Shown here in pieces: positions 26,517-36,192 of a stretch of 43,608 nucleotides of DNA; the first letter of the stretch is position 1; each line of letters starts with the position of its first letter. The translations under genes were made by a program, and so were the position numbers. Source of the stretch: a virus (taxonomy: Duplodnaviria > Caudoviricetes). The notes under the pieces were generated by a model. It made no database searches and had not been told where the DNA came from. It worked only from the letters and a program-made list of their open reading frames with translations. The stretch covers positions 1 through 43,608 of the IMG/VR virus record IMGVR_UViG_3300016476_000405; one strand, written 5' to 3'.

Positions 26517-27419
26517 TTATCCATTATGAATACAGGTCCATCCTTTATGAATGTTTCTCTTACCTTTAGTAATGGCGCTAACCGCACCTGCATTAAGATT
26601 GTATTTTGTTACTAATTCTCTTTTAGTTGTGTGTTCAGTTATATCCATGTTTTCATTCACGAAAGTAAATAAGGTATGATCGTAATATGGGTTCTTCTTA
26701 CCCACCATATTTCCTTTAAGGCTTTCGGAAATCTTTTTAGAATGCTCTTCTGACCTGATTTTACCTCTTGCTTTAAAGTTGGGTCTTCCTAACTTAATAT
26801 TTGACTGTTTTAGTTTAGTCTCTTCACTGTGGCTTTTATTGTGCATCCCGTTTCTGTCACCAGGTAGTCCGTACTTCAATGCTCTTTCTTGTTCGGTTAA
26901 ATGTGCATTGCTTTTTAATCCTTTATTCCACGCCGGTTTTCCATTCATTTTTCTAGTCCTTACTTGCTTCTCTATAGCTTCTGTAGATTTCTTCTTACCG
27001 TACATGGGGTTCTTTTCGCCCTTCATCATATGACTCTGTGCCTCCGAGTATACACGCCGGCAAAAGTCATATACTCTACTACTTTTAGGTCTATACCTAG
27101 TTTGGTTACTGTTTTCTAAGTTTATCATACAGTTTAATGCCTTGACCATTTTATAGTATTGTTTTCCGGTAACCATTTTTACTAATAATAAATGACAAAC
27201 AAAGTGTTCCCTAGGAGTCAATTCTACTAGGTTTGTAGGATCATCGGGATCGCCCGGCAAATACCCTATATGCCCATTTCTAACTCGTTTGGCATAAAAT
27301 GACTCGGGTATTACATGATGAATCTCACTATACTCGTTTTTGGGTATCTCAAGACTTGCTCTTTTAGTGATTATGCGATAATATATTTTAGTATATTTGT
27401 TATCTAAAAATATTGACAT
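26517..27419 (-). mobile_element. Free-standing HNH homing endonuclease with NUMOD3 repeats
   Basis: EIHHVIP...NLVELTPREHFVCHLLL; GEKNPMYGKK and HSEETKLKQS repeats; SD AGGAG and TATAAATA (27449-27456, - strand) upstream. Confidence 0.9.
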
Positions 27420-27470
27420 TCATGTTCTCCTAGCACTGATATATTAACTATTTATACAAAGGAATCTAAA

Positions 27471-28490
27471 GTGATTAAAAGAATAGGATTTGCATGTAAG
27501 CCATCAGTTCTCGTAAACGGAAAAGTAGTACATATACCTGAACTAAACTGTAAAGGTAGTACTTTGGCGTGGCTAAAGCGACAAAGTAAGCAAGTTGCTG
27601 AAGAAAAACTTTATGAAATACTAGATAGTAACACCAAATCTATTCTTAACGCAGTAAGATATTGTGCAGAACTTCCTGAGGAACTACGAATGTTCAGAAT
27701 TTCGTCAGACGTTTTGCTGGCATATACTCATGAAGATTGGGCTTACTTTTACAAACTACCCGATGTAGTTAATCGTATGGAGCAACTATTTGCGCCTATC
27801 GGTGAAACTGCTAGAAAGCATGGTGTACGCCTTTCCATGCACCCAGGTCAGTTCACAGTGCTAGCTTCGGAATCCGATCAGATCGTAGAAAACTCTATCC
27901 GAGAATTTGAATACCATGTTGACATGGCTCGGATGATGGGCTATGGCAAAACATTTCAAGACTTCAAAATCAACGTACACATTTCAGGCCGCAAAGGTCC
28001 TCAAGGTATTATTGATGTACTACCCCGATTGTCGCCTGAGGCTAGGAACATGATCACTATTGAGAATGATGAAATGACATGGGGCTTAGATGCGTCACTT
28101 GAACTTGCTGATCACGTAGCGTTGGTCCTTGACGTACACCATCATTGGGTAAAGACTGGTGAATACATTGAAGCTAATGATGATCGTATCAAACGAGTCA
28201 TTGATTCTTGGCGTGGTGTCACACCTGTTATTCATTATAGTGTAAGCAGGGAAGATTACTTGATAGGACATTGTAAGAACACCATGCCTGACTTGAAAAC
28301 TTTGCTTGAAACTGGTTACAAAAAACAGCATCTTCGCGCACACTCTGATTATTACTGGAACAAGCAAGTTAATGATTGGGCTATGTCACATTCAGAATGG
28401 GCCCATATTATGTGCGAAAGTAAAGCAAAAAATCTTGCTAGCTTTCAACTTTACGATACATATATTAACAAGGAGAAAACCAATGTTTGA
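27471..28490 (+). CDS. uvsE: UV-damage endonuclease (UvsE/UvdE)
   Basis: RIGFAC, MFRISSD, RLSMHPGQF, INVHI, TIENDE, LVLDVHHHW, HYS, AHSDY, MCESKAKNLA. Confidence 0.93.
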   Translation: MIKRIGFACKPSVLVNGKVVHIPELNCKGSTLAWLKRQSKQVAEEKLYEILDSNTKSILNAVRYCAELPEELRMFRISSDVLLAYTHEDWAYFYKLPDVVNRMEQLFAPIGETARKHGVRLSMHPGQFTVLASESDQIVENSIREFEYHVDMARMMGYGKTFQDFKINVHISGRKGPQGIIDVLPRLSPEARNMITIENDEMTWGLDASLELADHVALVLDVHHHWVKTGEYIEANDDRIKRVIDSWRGVTPVIHYSVSREDYLIGHCKNTMPDLKTLLETGYKKQHLRAHSDYYWNKQVNDWAMSHSEWAHIMCESKAKNLASFQLYDTYINKEKTNV

Positions 28491-28962
28491 CAAGATAAAA
28501 AGCATATTCAAGAAGTCTGATAGACCACTAGAAGGATATCAACCAGTAGAACCTGCACCAGTTGATGCGCCTGACGTAATAAAGCCGGCGCCTAAACCCA
28601 AGAAACCTAGAAAGACTAGAGCTAAGAAAACTGCTCCTGAGTTATCAGCGAAAGAGCAAGCAACAGCAGCGAACGAACCATACATCAACATATTAAAAGT
28701 TGACGTTGATCCTAACAATATCAATAATGGTGCATTTGAGCTTGACTGGAACGACAAGTTTGTTATAAACTTGATCAAAGCTGGATACAAAATTAAGCCT
28801 GATGATACTGATGCTGATATCGTTGATCGATGGTTCACACAAGTATGCAGAAACGTAGCATTAGAAGTATACGAACAACAACAAGCTGATCCAGAAAATC
28901 GCAATCAAATGCGCGTAATTCAAACCAAAGACTTAGGCGACGGCCGTTCAGAGGTGAGTTAA
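28483..28962 (+). CDS. Conserved-looking phage hypothetical protein
   Basis: SD AAGGAG before ATG 28483; GAFELDWNDKFV...IVDRWF. Confidence 0.8.
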   Translation: MFDKIKSIFKKSDRPLEGYQPVEPAPVDAPDVIKPAPKPKKPRKTRAKKTAPELSAKEQATAANEPYINILKVDVDPNNINNGAFELDWNDKFVINLIKAGYKIKPDDTDADIVDRWFTQVCRNVALEVYEQQQADPENRNQMRVIQTKDLGDGRSEVS

Positions 28963-29586
28963 GTGAATCTAATAGACGTACAAAACTGTGATCTATACAA
29001 CCCAGACTATATTGTACCCTTAAGGGATATAGACGGTATTAACTGGTATTCATGGGCTAGATCAAGAAATCTTAAAGGTATAATATATGCCTTTTTTTAC
29101 AAAAATATGTTAATAAAGGTAGGATGTTCTTATGCTAATTTTAATACACGACAAAACACTAATTTTTGTGATAGATTGATCAGACAACTAAATAATCTTC
29201 CCGGAAGACTTGAGGCTACGGATGAATCTCAATATTACAAAACAGACTACGGATTCATTCCAACCAGTGACAACGGAAAAGATATCATAGAAGTAATCTT
29301 AGATTTCCAAAATTTTACTGGTATCAAGGTTAACCGAGATCAAATGTATCTACACGTTTGGGATATAACCGACTTAGAAAGTGATGCTTATTTTTGGAGA
29401 GATGATGATTCAGGTAACAAACAAAAAGCCATGTATTTTGAGGCGTTGATAGTAGACCAATATAAAAAGGACAACCAAGGAATACTACCCGTAGGAAACA
29501 GCAAGTGTGATCCTAGTACTACTAATAATGCTTACACCAAACCACAGATTGCTATAGAAGCTGGTAAGTTGTTTGTGTTTGATTGA
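28963..29586 (+). CDS. Hypothetical protein (weak GIY-YIG-like N-terminal motif)
   Basis: SD GAGGTG, GTG start; GIIYAF...IKVGCS...R. Confidence 0.6.
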   Translation: MNLIDVQNCDLYNPDYIVPLRDIDGINWYSWARSRNLKGIIYAFFYKNMLIKVGCSYANFNTRQNTNFCDRLIRQLNNLPGRLEATDESQYYKTDYGFIPTSDNGKDIIEVILDFQNFTGIKVNRDQMYLHVWDITDLESDAYFWRDDDSGNKQKAMYFEALIVDQYKKDNQGILPVGNSKCDPSTTNNAYTKPQIAIEAGKLFVFD

Positions 29587-29661
29587 AGTGACCCAAAATA
29601 CTCGCACCTTCTGCAATAATATGCTACTATTTACTTTAATATAACAAACTTTGGAGTTATT

Positions 29662-30678
29662 ATGTATCGTTATGCGCTTGTAGACCTAGCAAACACGTAT
29701 TTCAGAGCCCGACACGTGGCTTCACGTAACGCTGATGCTTGGCAGAAACTGGGTATGGCTCTGCATCTTAGTTTGGCTTCAGTCAATCAAGTAGTCAAAC
29801 GACACGGTATCGACCATGTTATCTTTGCACTTGAAGGTCGTAGTTGGCGCAAAGACTTTTACAAGCCCTACAAAGCCAATCGCGCAGTAGACGAAACTGC
29901 AATGACCGAAGCTGAAGTAGAAGAAAACAAAATGTTCTGGGAAACATATGAACTGTTTACTACGTTTTTGCGTGAGAAAACAAACTGTTCAGTAATCCGT
30001 CACCCACAAGCTGAAGCGGATGATATTATTGCACGATTCATTCACTTGCACCCAAACGATGAACACATTATTGTATCTTCGGATACTGACTTTGTTCAAC
30101 TGATTGCTGAGAATGTAAAGCAGTATAATGGTATTACTAATCAACTGATCACACTTGATGGTTACTTTGATGATCGTGATCGTCCAGTAATCGACAAAAA
30201 AACTAAACAGCACAAAACACTTGCTGATCCCAAGTTTATCTTGTTTGAAAAGTGTATGCGCGGTGATGCAACCGACAACGTGTTCAGTGCGTATCCAGGT
30301 GTACGAACTAAGGGTAGCAAAAACAAAGTAGGCTTGACTGAAGCTTATGCTGATAAAGATCGCAAAGGCTTTAATTGGAATAACATTATGCTTCAGCGTT
30401 GGACTGATCATTTGAATGTAGAACATCGTGTGCGTGATGATTACGAACGCAATGTTACACTGATTGATCTAACAGCACAGCCAAAAGATATCAAAGATGC
30501 TGTAGATAAAACAATCCATGACACTGTTAAGCTTGATCACATTCCGCAAGTTGGTATTCATTTTATGAAGTTCTGTGGTAAATATGAGCTTACTAAAATC
30601 AGTGAACAAGCTGAAGCGTATGCCCGTTGGTTAGGCGCTCCGTATAAAGGTGAATTGCATGAAAAAAGTTTTCTATGA
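29662..30678 (+). CDS. rnh: T4 RNase H-like 5'-3' exonuclease (flap endonuclease family)
   Basis: LVDLAN, EGRSWRKDFYKPYKANR, EADDIIA, IVSSDTDFVQL, RGDATDNVFSAYPG. Confidence 0.9.
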   Translation: MYRYALVDLANTYFRARHVASRNADAWQKLGMALHLSLASVNQVVKRHGIDHVIFALEGRSWRKDFYKPYKANRAVDETAMTEAEVEENKMFWETYELFTTFLREKTNCSVIRHPQAEADDIIARFIHLHPNDEHIIVSSDTDFVQLIAENVKQYNGITNQLITLDGYFDDRDRPVIDKKTKQHKTLADPKFILFEKCMRGDATDNVFSAYPGVRTKGSKNKVGLTEAYADKDRKGFNWNNIMLQRWTDHLNVEHRVRDDYERNVTLIDLTAQPKDIKDAVDKTIHDTVKLDHIPQVGIHFMKFCGKYELTKISEQAEAYARWLGAPYKGELHEKSFL

Positions 30679-31120
30679 AAAAGTAGGCAAACGATACAAT
30701 CCCATTAGAGAGTATGACGATACGTTTATGAGCGCCTATCCCAAGGGCACTCATTTGGTTGTTTGCAAACCAGGTACAACTTCTTTTATGTACAATGTTG
30801 AACCTGCCATTGCTCCTATGCTGGCTGCTGGTAAGTATGCTGAAGATGAAATGTCACGAGCCATTGTTAAGGGTTTGGAAATGAAACCTAAGCAAACTCC
30901 TATCACTGACAGACAGCGAGAACTTTGGACTGAACTTAAAAACAGTTTTGCTGAGCAAGACTTTGTGATTCACGGTCCAGCTGCTGCTGATGCCGCACGA
31001 GAAGGTATCAAAGCATTAGAACAAGAAGTAGAAAAAATGCTTACAGTTCCTGCTGTAAAGTTGGCGTATGATCACTTTATGCTAGTGTGGGCATTAACAA
31101 AAGAACAACAAAAGGAATAA
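30659..31120 (+). CDS. Hypothetical protein
   Basis: ORF overlapping the rnh end. Confidence 0.75.
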   Translation: MKKVFYEKVGKRYNPIREYDDTFMSAYPKGTHLVVCKPGTTSFMYNVEPAIAPMLAAGKYAEDEMSRAIVKGLEMKPKQTPITDRQRELWTELKNSFAEQDFVIHGPAAADAAREGIKALEQEVEKMLTVPAVKLAYDHFMLVWALTKEQQKE

Positions 31121-31121
31121 T

Positions 31122-31580
31122 ATGACAGACTTAATAGCAAAGCCTATAGTAAAAAATCAATATTGGGTAATCACTGATGGTGATAAGAAGGTTGGTAACG
31201 TAGTTGCTGATCAAAATGGGTTTGATGTAAAACTAAACGGTACTAACCTGCACTTTGCTAGCACTGAAGATATTAAGCAACAAACTAAAATTATTTTTGA
31301 ATCAGTAAAGAATTCAAAATCTAAACAAAATCATCCTTACCCTGAGTATCCAACTCCCAACCGAGTGTATAACTCGGTAATGGATATTAAGCGTAAGCTG
31401 CATTTGTTTACTAAGTATCCAACGAGTAAATGTTTTCATGTTGCTGGTTGGTTTGTTATTAATCAAAACGGGGTAGAGCAAGTTTCTTTTTGCCCGAAAT
31501 ACATCTTTATTCAGCGATATTCTTATCAAGGTCCTTTTAAATCAGAAACCGAAGCAAATCAAGTACTAAATAATACATGA
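31122..31580 (+). CDS. Hypothetical protein
   Basis: SD AAGGA; 152 aa; FCPKYIFIQRYSYQGPF. Confidence 0.8.
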   Translation: MTDLIAKPIVKNQYWVITDGDKKVGNVVADQNGFDVKLNGTNLHFASTEDIKQQTKIIFESVKNSKSKQNHPYPEYPTPNRVYNSVMDIKRKLHLFTKYPTSKCFHVAGWFVINQNGVEQVSFCPKYIFIQRYSYQGPFKSETEANQVLNNT

Positions 31581-31774
31581 TGCACATAAAGAAGTTTATA
31601 GATAAAATATCTGCAATGGAATCCAAACAAAATAAAGATGTAGTAATTCCTATGCAAGAAGCCAGATATTTGAGGGACGAAATAGCCAAGCTGTTGGCTG
31701 ACCTACATGGTAGCAAAGAGCAAAAAACTGAAGAAGTATTGAAAGTTGAAATAACAGGCGGGTCATTTAAGTGA
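31577..31774 (+). CDS. Small hypothetical protein
   Basis: 65 aa, ATGA overlap. Confidence 0.7.
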   Translation: MMHIKKFIDKISAMESKQNKDVVIPMQEARYLRDEIAKLLADLHGSKEQKTEEVLKVEITGGSFK

Positions 31775-32409
31775 GTAGGACGAAAGCATATTTGTATAAA
31801 TGGACACATATATCATCTGGTATGTGGTATATTGGTTGTCGTACTTCTAAAGGATGTCATCCTGAGGATGGATATTTATGTTCTAGCACTTTAATTAAAC
31901 CTCGGTTAATTGAATCTCCGGCTGAATGGAATAGAGAAATCTTATGTATTTCTAACCCTGAATATATAATAAATCTAGAATCAAAATACTTGCACCTATT
32001 AGACGCAAGAAATGATCCACTGAGTTTTAATCAACACAACGGTGATGGTAAGTTTATTTTAAAAGGTCATAGCCAAAAAACTATAGATAAATTCAAAGAT
32101 GGGAGAATGGCTAAAACAAATAATGGTTTTTTTGGAAAAACCCATACTCCGGATTCAATTGAGCGATCTAAACGAATTGGGCCTGATAACGGGATGTTTG
32201 GTAAATATAATAAAGACAATCCTAATTACGGTAAAAAAAGATCAGATACCTCTAAAATTAAATATAGCCTAAGTAAATTAGGAGAAAATCATCCATCTAA
32301 GAATCCTAAAAATCATAAAATATGTGAACATTGCGGATTAAAAATAACACTCCCATGTAATTATACACGCTGGCACGGAGAAAAATGCAAGGGAAATAAA
32401 AATGTCTAG
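31771..32409 (+). mobile_element. Free-standing GIY-YIG homing endonuclease with NUMOD3-like repeats
   Basis: AYLYKW...MWYIGCR...YLCSS...E...FNQHNG; NGFFGKTH, NGMFGK, NPNYGKK repeats; CEHC...RWHGEKC. Confidence 0.8.
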
Positions 32410-32710
32410 AACGCAGCCTAAAATATTAATGGAAATGGTTGATAAAGATACATATAAATGTGATCAAATTGTCGAGGCTGCCGGTATATGGGCAGTTTTC
32501 CTGGACGGACAACCTATCAACTTAAAGTCCTCGCATTACTTGGCAAATGAAACTGTACCTAAGTACAAGAAAACAAGTTTCTCAAATCCTGGACACGCTA
32601 GAAACTTGTGTAGGAAACTTAATGCTCAGTTTAAAACTAACAAGTTTACTGTAGTTTTCATGAACACGGGAAGACAAGTTTATCCCGATTCAGACAATGA
32701 CGTATCTTAG
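32402..32710 (+). CDS. Conserved-looking phage hypothetical protein
   Basis: WAVFLDGQPINLK, PKYKKTSFSNPGHA. Confidence 0.8.
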   Translation: MSRTQPKILMEMVDKDTYKCDQIVEAAGIWAVFLDGQPINLKSSHYLANETVPKYKKTSFSNPGHARNLCRKLNAQFKTNKFTVVFMNTGRQVYPDSDNDVS

Positions 32711-33116
32711 TAAGCTAAAGATAACCAAAGCAGTTTTAAAAGAGATACCCGCCGATCTTACTGAAGACCACAAGCTTCCTATCGAACAAGTAGTGTTCAA
32801 ATGGTGGCAGGGAGGTAGAAGTAGCAGTAGTTTACGATTATCGGAAGAAGGGTTTAATGCATTCACAAAAGCTAAAATAGCGTATTACGAATTTCCTTTG
32901 TTCTCAAACAAAACCGATATAAGTGGTATTTTAAACAATCCCAGTTCTTACATACTGTCACTAAGCAAAAAAATAAAATGTCCTTTCTATATCATGAAAT
33001 TAAGAAAAGATGCAAAAACTGAGCCTACTATAAGAATATATGATGATAAAATTGCTATGCTCATGACTCTTTATGGCTCGTTACAAGAATACTTAGATTC
33101 ATCCGCTTATAAGTAA
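32697..33116 (+). CDS. Hypothetical protein
   Basis: 139-aa ORF; SLRLSEEG, KCPFYI. Confidence 0.75.
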   Translation: MTYLSKLKITKAVLKEIPADLTEDHKLPIEQVVFKWWQGGRSSSSLRLSEEGFNAFTKAKIAYYEFPLFSNKTDISGILNNPSSYILSLSKKIKCPFYIMKLRKDAKTEPTIRIYDDKIAMLMTLYGSLQEYLDSSAYK

Positions 33117-33118
33117 CG

Positions 33119-33178
33119 TAAGTTGTTGATTTTATTAATGTTAATTTTCTTGACATTCGCTAAATATACTACTATAAT
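33119..33178 (+). promoter_or_regulatory. Sigma70 early promoter with upstream IHF-consensus box
   Basis: TTGACA (33150-33155)-N17-TATAAT (33173-33178); TAAGTTGTTGATT at 33119-33131 is the reverse complement of WATCAANNNNTTR. Confidence 0.85.
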
Positions 33179-33205
33179 GTAGATAAATGTTGAGAGGAAT
33201 ATGTC

Positions 33206-33352
33206 ATGAAGCCCAGAAATCACGTAGTACTTGCTATGATCAAAGCTAGCAAAAGCAGCGGTGCTCATGGTAAGAGCAACAAAGCAATGCGCCGAAGCGC
33301 AAAAGTAAAAATAAATCAAGACCAGCGAGGAAACCACAATGATGGTAAATGA
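33206..33352 (+). CDS. Small basic protein (48 aa; not in the ORF track)
   Basis: SD GAGG; MKPRNHVVLAMIKASKSSGAHGKSNKAMRRSAKVKINQDQRGNHNDGK. Confidence 0.65.
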   Translation: MKPRNHVVLAMIKASKSSGAHGKSNKAMRRSAKVKINQDQRGNHNDGK

Positions 33353-33512
33353 TCGTATTGTTCGAGTTTTGGAAAACGCTATTCAAGCAATCAAAGAACC
33401 CAAGTCTGATCAGGAGCTTTATCAAGCACTTAGACTTATTGCGGCTGTAGCAAAACAAGAAGCTAAGAAAGTACTAGTTGAAATTGACGAAACAGGCACA
33501 CTAGAGAACTAA
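33339..33512 (+). CDS. Small hypothetical protein (57 aa; not in the ORF track)
   Basis: SD GAGG; MMVNDRIVRVLENAIQAIKEPKSDQELYQALRLIAAVAKQEAKKVLVEIDETGTLEN. Confidence 0.65.
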   Translation: MMVNDRIVRVLENAIQAIKEPKSDQELYQALRLIAAVAKQEAKKVLVEIDETGTLEN

Positions 33513-33514
33513 CA

Positions 33515-34198
33515 GTGGATCCTTTGCCCACCAACCTTACCGTAGAACAAATTTGGGGTGCTGCTTGTCAGGCTCTGAGTGTTAACGACGGTGTTTACAT
33601 CAGACGATATGACATAGAATTTGATCCTGAAAAATACACGGGTAAGCTTTCTAACCAAGAGCTAATAAGATTTTACGCCTACAACACTGACAGGATCAGT
33701 GAACAAAGTATCAAAGATGGTATGGAAGTACGTGCCTATCTGAACGGCATGATGTTCAAAATTTTAGCTGAAGAAAAGATAGGGGAATACTTTACAAAGC
33801 TGATCAGGTTGGCTACTGACGAAAATCTACAACTTACAAACAAGAACATTCATTTTATCGCATCCGCTCCCAGCGCAGTTATCAGAGAACAGCTAAAAGA
33901 TGAAATGAACCGAGAGATCAAGCGAGCCAGTGGCGGTTACATTGGTAGCGAAGGTGACAAAGTACAACTGAATATCAAGATACTTAGGTCTCATTATTCA
34001 GATCAATGGGAAAGACATTATGTGACTGGCATTACAACAAATGACCAGGTTGTTTCTTTTTCTACAAAGAACAAGCGTTTGATTGTGCCTAATAGCGTAG
34101 CCAGTGTTAAGGCTATTGTGTTTGCTCACAACATAGACGAATACACGAAACAAGAAACTACCAAGCTGACAAACGTAAGAACGGGAATTTATATATGA
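33515..34198 (+). CDS. Hypothetical protein with C-terminal OB-fold-like domain
   Basis: YIGSEGDKVQLNIKIL...TTKLTNV beta-strand pattern. Confidence 0.65.
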   Translation: MDPLPTNLTVEQIWGAACQALSVNDGVYIRRYDIEFDPEKYTGKLSNQELIRFYAYNTDRISEQSIKDGMEVRAYLNGMMFKILAEEKIGEYFTKLIRLATDENLQLTNKNIHFIASAPSAVIREQLKDEMNREIKRASGGYIGSEGDKVQLNIKILRSHYSDQWERHYVTGITTNDQVVSFSTKNKRLIVPNSVASVKAIVFAHNIDEYTKQETTKLTNVRTGIYI

Positions 34199-34920
34199 AA
34201 GTAAAAATTGGAAAGTATAAAGATTGGTTAGGGCCATATCAATTGGCCGAAAAACTTTGTTTCTGGGCTAAACCAGTAACAGACGAATATGGCTTAAAAG
34301 ATAAACCAGAGTGGGTTCACAAATTCGGAGAATGGCTAGCACACGGTTCTATTGAACGCGAAGAAGAAATTAGAGTAGGTGAACGCACGAAACTGTTTGG
34401 TGATGACCGCCCCAAGACTTGGTTGTACAAGTTTTTACTTTGGATTGACAAAAACAGACGTGAGCAGGAAGTAAAGATACATATCGACAAATGGGATACT
34501 TATAGTATGGATCACACTTTGTCTTTGATCATACTACCAATGCTCAAACAGTTAAAAGCTACTACGCATGGAGCCCCACAAGTTGATGACGAAGATGTTC
34601 CTGACGAACTGAAAAGCACTAGTGCCCCTGCTAAAGAAAACGATTGGGATACTGACGATAATCATTTCAAGCGTTGGAATTATGTGTTAGACGAAATGAT
34701 TTGGGCTTTTGAGAATATCGCAAGTGGAGATTGGGAACAGCAGTTTCACACTGGCGAGTATGATACTTACCTTGAAAAACGTGAAGATGGTAACTATCTT
34801 ATGGTCAAGGGTGAAAAGGATACCTCTCACTTTGACTTAGAGGGATATAAAGTGTATGATGCTCGTATATCTAATGGCACTAGATTGTTTGGGCGTTATT
34901 TTCGCAATTTGTGGGATTGA
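34195..34920 (+). CDS. Conserved-looking phage hypothetical protein
   Basis: IDKWDTYSMDHTLSLIILPMLKQLK, RWNYVLDEMIWAF, GTRLFGRYFRNLWD. Confidence 0.85.
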   Translation: MKVKIGKYKDWLGPYQLAEKLCFWAKPVTDEYGLKDKPEWVHKFGEWLAHGSIEREEEIRVGERTKLFGDDRPKTWLYKFLLWIDKNRREQEVKIHIDKWDTYSMDHTLSLIILPMLKQLKATTHGAPQVDDEDVPDELKSTSAPAKENDWDTDDNHFKRWNYVLDEMIWAFENIASGDWEQQFHTGEYDTYLEKREDGNYLMVKGEKDTSHFDLEGYKVYDARISNGTRLFGRYFRNLWD

Positions 34921-35627
34921 TCAATCGGACCTAGGTGCGTACAGTTGTTATTATGATTTCTGTAAAAATTTGGAGATTGTAATGCACTGTACCCACAAAC
35001 AGAACACGTTACTAAGTTCGGATCTTTGTCCGTAATTCTATTAGGATTACTTCTACACCTTTCCATATGCCAACGTTGCATATTCTTGTAGTCACCGGTT
35101 TTATTACAATGAGGGCATGTTACTATAGTGGTATCTTGAGGTCTAAACTTCATTTTATCTTTATGAGCAGATGATTTAGCCTTACCTGTAAGTGCTTTAC
35201 TTACCTTTTCCGCAGCATCTGGGTTCGTTTCTTTAGTCCAAGAAACCACTCCATAGAATGTTCCTTTTTTCTTTTTAGTTTCTATTCCTGCTTGGACCCT
35301 CTTATCAACATGTCTTTTTGATTGCGGACCATGAGGTAAGAACATCCCATTTATGTTTTTGTTCAACCACTTATCTTCTGTCAGTACATTCATTCTTTCT
35401 AGAACCTTCCGTTCATGTTTTTTACATTTACTTACATCATTGAATATCTTTCTTATTATAACTATGTCAGGTTCTCCGTGCTCTTTGCGAAAATCCCATA
35501 CATGTGTAGATGATGTGAAGTACGTTTTCCATAGATCACTAGGATCGCAGTTTTTTGCCCAACGGGCCCCGTAGTAGAATTTTTGGTGTTTAGACCACCC
35601 AATTAAATAAGTATAAGGCATTGACAT
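34896..35627 (-). mobile_element. Free-standing GIY-YIG-like homing endonuclease
   Basis: PYTYLIGW...FYYGAR...YFTSS...E...WLN; CPHC...RWHMERC; SD AGGAG and GATAAATA (35646-35653, - strand) upstream. Confidence 0.8.
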
Positions 35628-35658
35628 ACTCCTGTTTATATGTTATATTTATCTTAGT

Positions 35659-35679
35659 TATCAAACTTTATGGGATTAA
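35659..35679 (+). pseudogene. Orphan duplicate of the 3' end of the 34195-34920 gene
   Basis: tat caa act tta tgg gat taa = YQTLWD*, versus the gene end FRNLWD*; 2 nt before the next ATG. Confidence 0.6.
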
Positions 35680-35681
35680 AC

Positions 35682-35954
35682 ATGAAAATCACAACTGAAA
35701 TTTGTAAGCAAGCTATTGTTGAATATCTGAAGCAGCATCCTGGTTTAGTGTCTCACGAATTCGGCGAAGATTATAACGCTGATTTTGAAGCAGATGCTAT
35801 TCTTGAGAAGAACTGGAAGCGGTTTGAAAAGAAAAAAGGAGACTTGGGTACTATCGTGCGAGGATTTGATTGTCAACCATATGACGACCAACTTAGAGCA
35901 TATGTTACTGAACGTGACGGCATTATCACGCATGTTGAGGTGGTAGGTGAGTAA
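35682..35954 (+). CDS. Hypothetical protein
   Basis: ORF starting MKITTEICKQ. Confidence 0.75.
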   Translation: MKITTEICKQAIVEYLKQHPGLVSHEFGEDYNADFEADAILEKNWKRFEKKKGDLGTIVRGFDCQPYDDQLRAYVTERDGIITHVEVVGE

Positions 35955-36192
35955 AGACATCTCACACTGGAAAAAACTAGAATCCGAAAACGAAGTTTTC
36001 CGTGCTGCTTTCCATTATATCAATACTCATGCTGCTATCACAATGAATGGTGATAAAGTAAGAGAAATGATTGACGCGATTTGTTCTTGGAGTTATGCTC
36101 ACCGTTGTGGCAATGGTGAGTACTCCGAAGAAGAACAACAAGAATTGGTTGACCGTGCTTTTGAAAAAATTAAACAATTGGTACATAAATAA
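35947..36192 (+). CDS. Hypothetical protein
   Basis: SD GAGGTGG, GTG start; WSYAHRCGNGE. Confidence 0.75.
   Translation: MSKDISHWKKLESENEVFRAAFHYINTHAAITMNGDKVREMIDAICSWSYAHRCGNGEYSEEEQQELVDRAFEKIKQLVHK

Noticed and set aside
26473-27470. Duplicated uvsE or gp88 terminus around the minus-strand HNH
   Set aside because: I looked for an orphan gene-end copy like that at guaC and found only a terminator hairpin.
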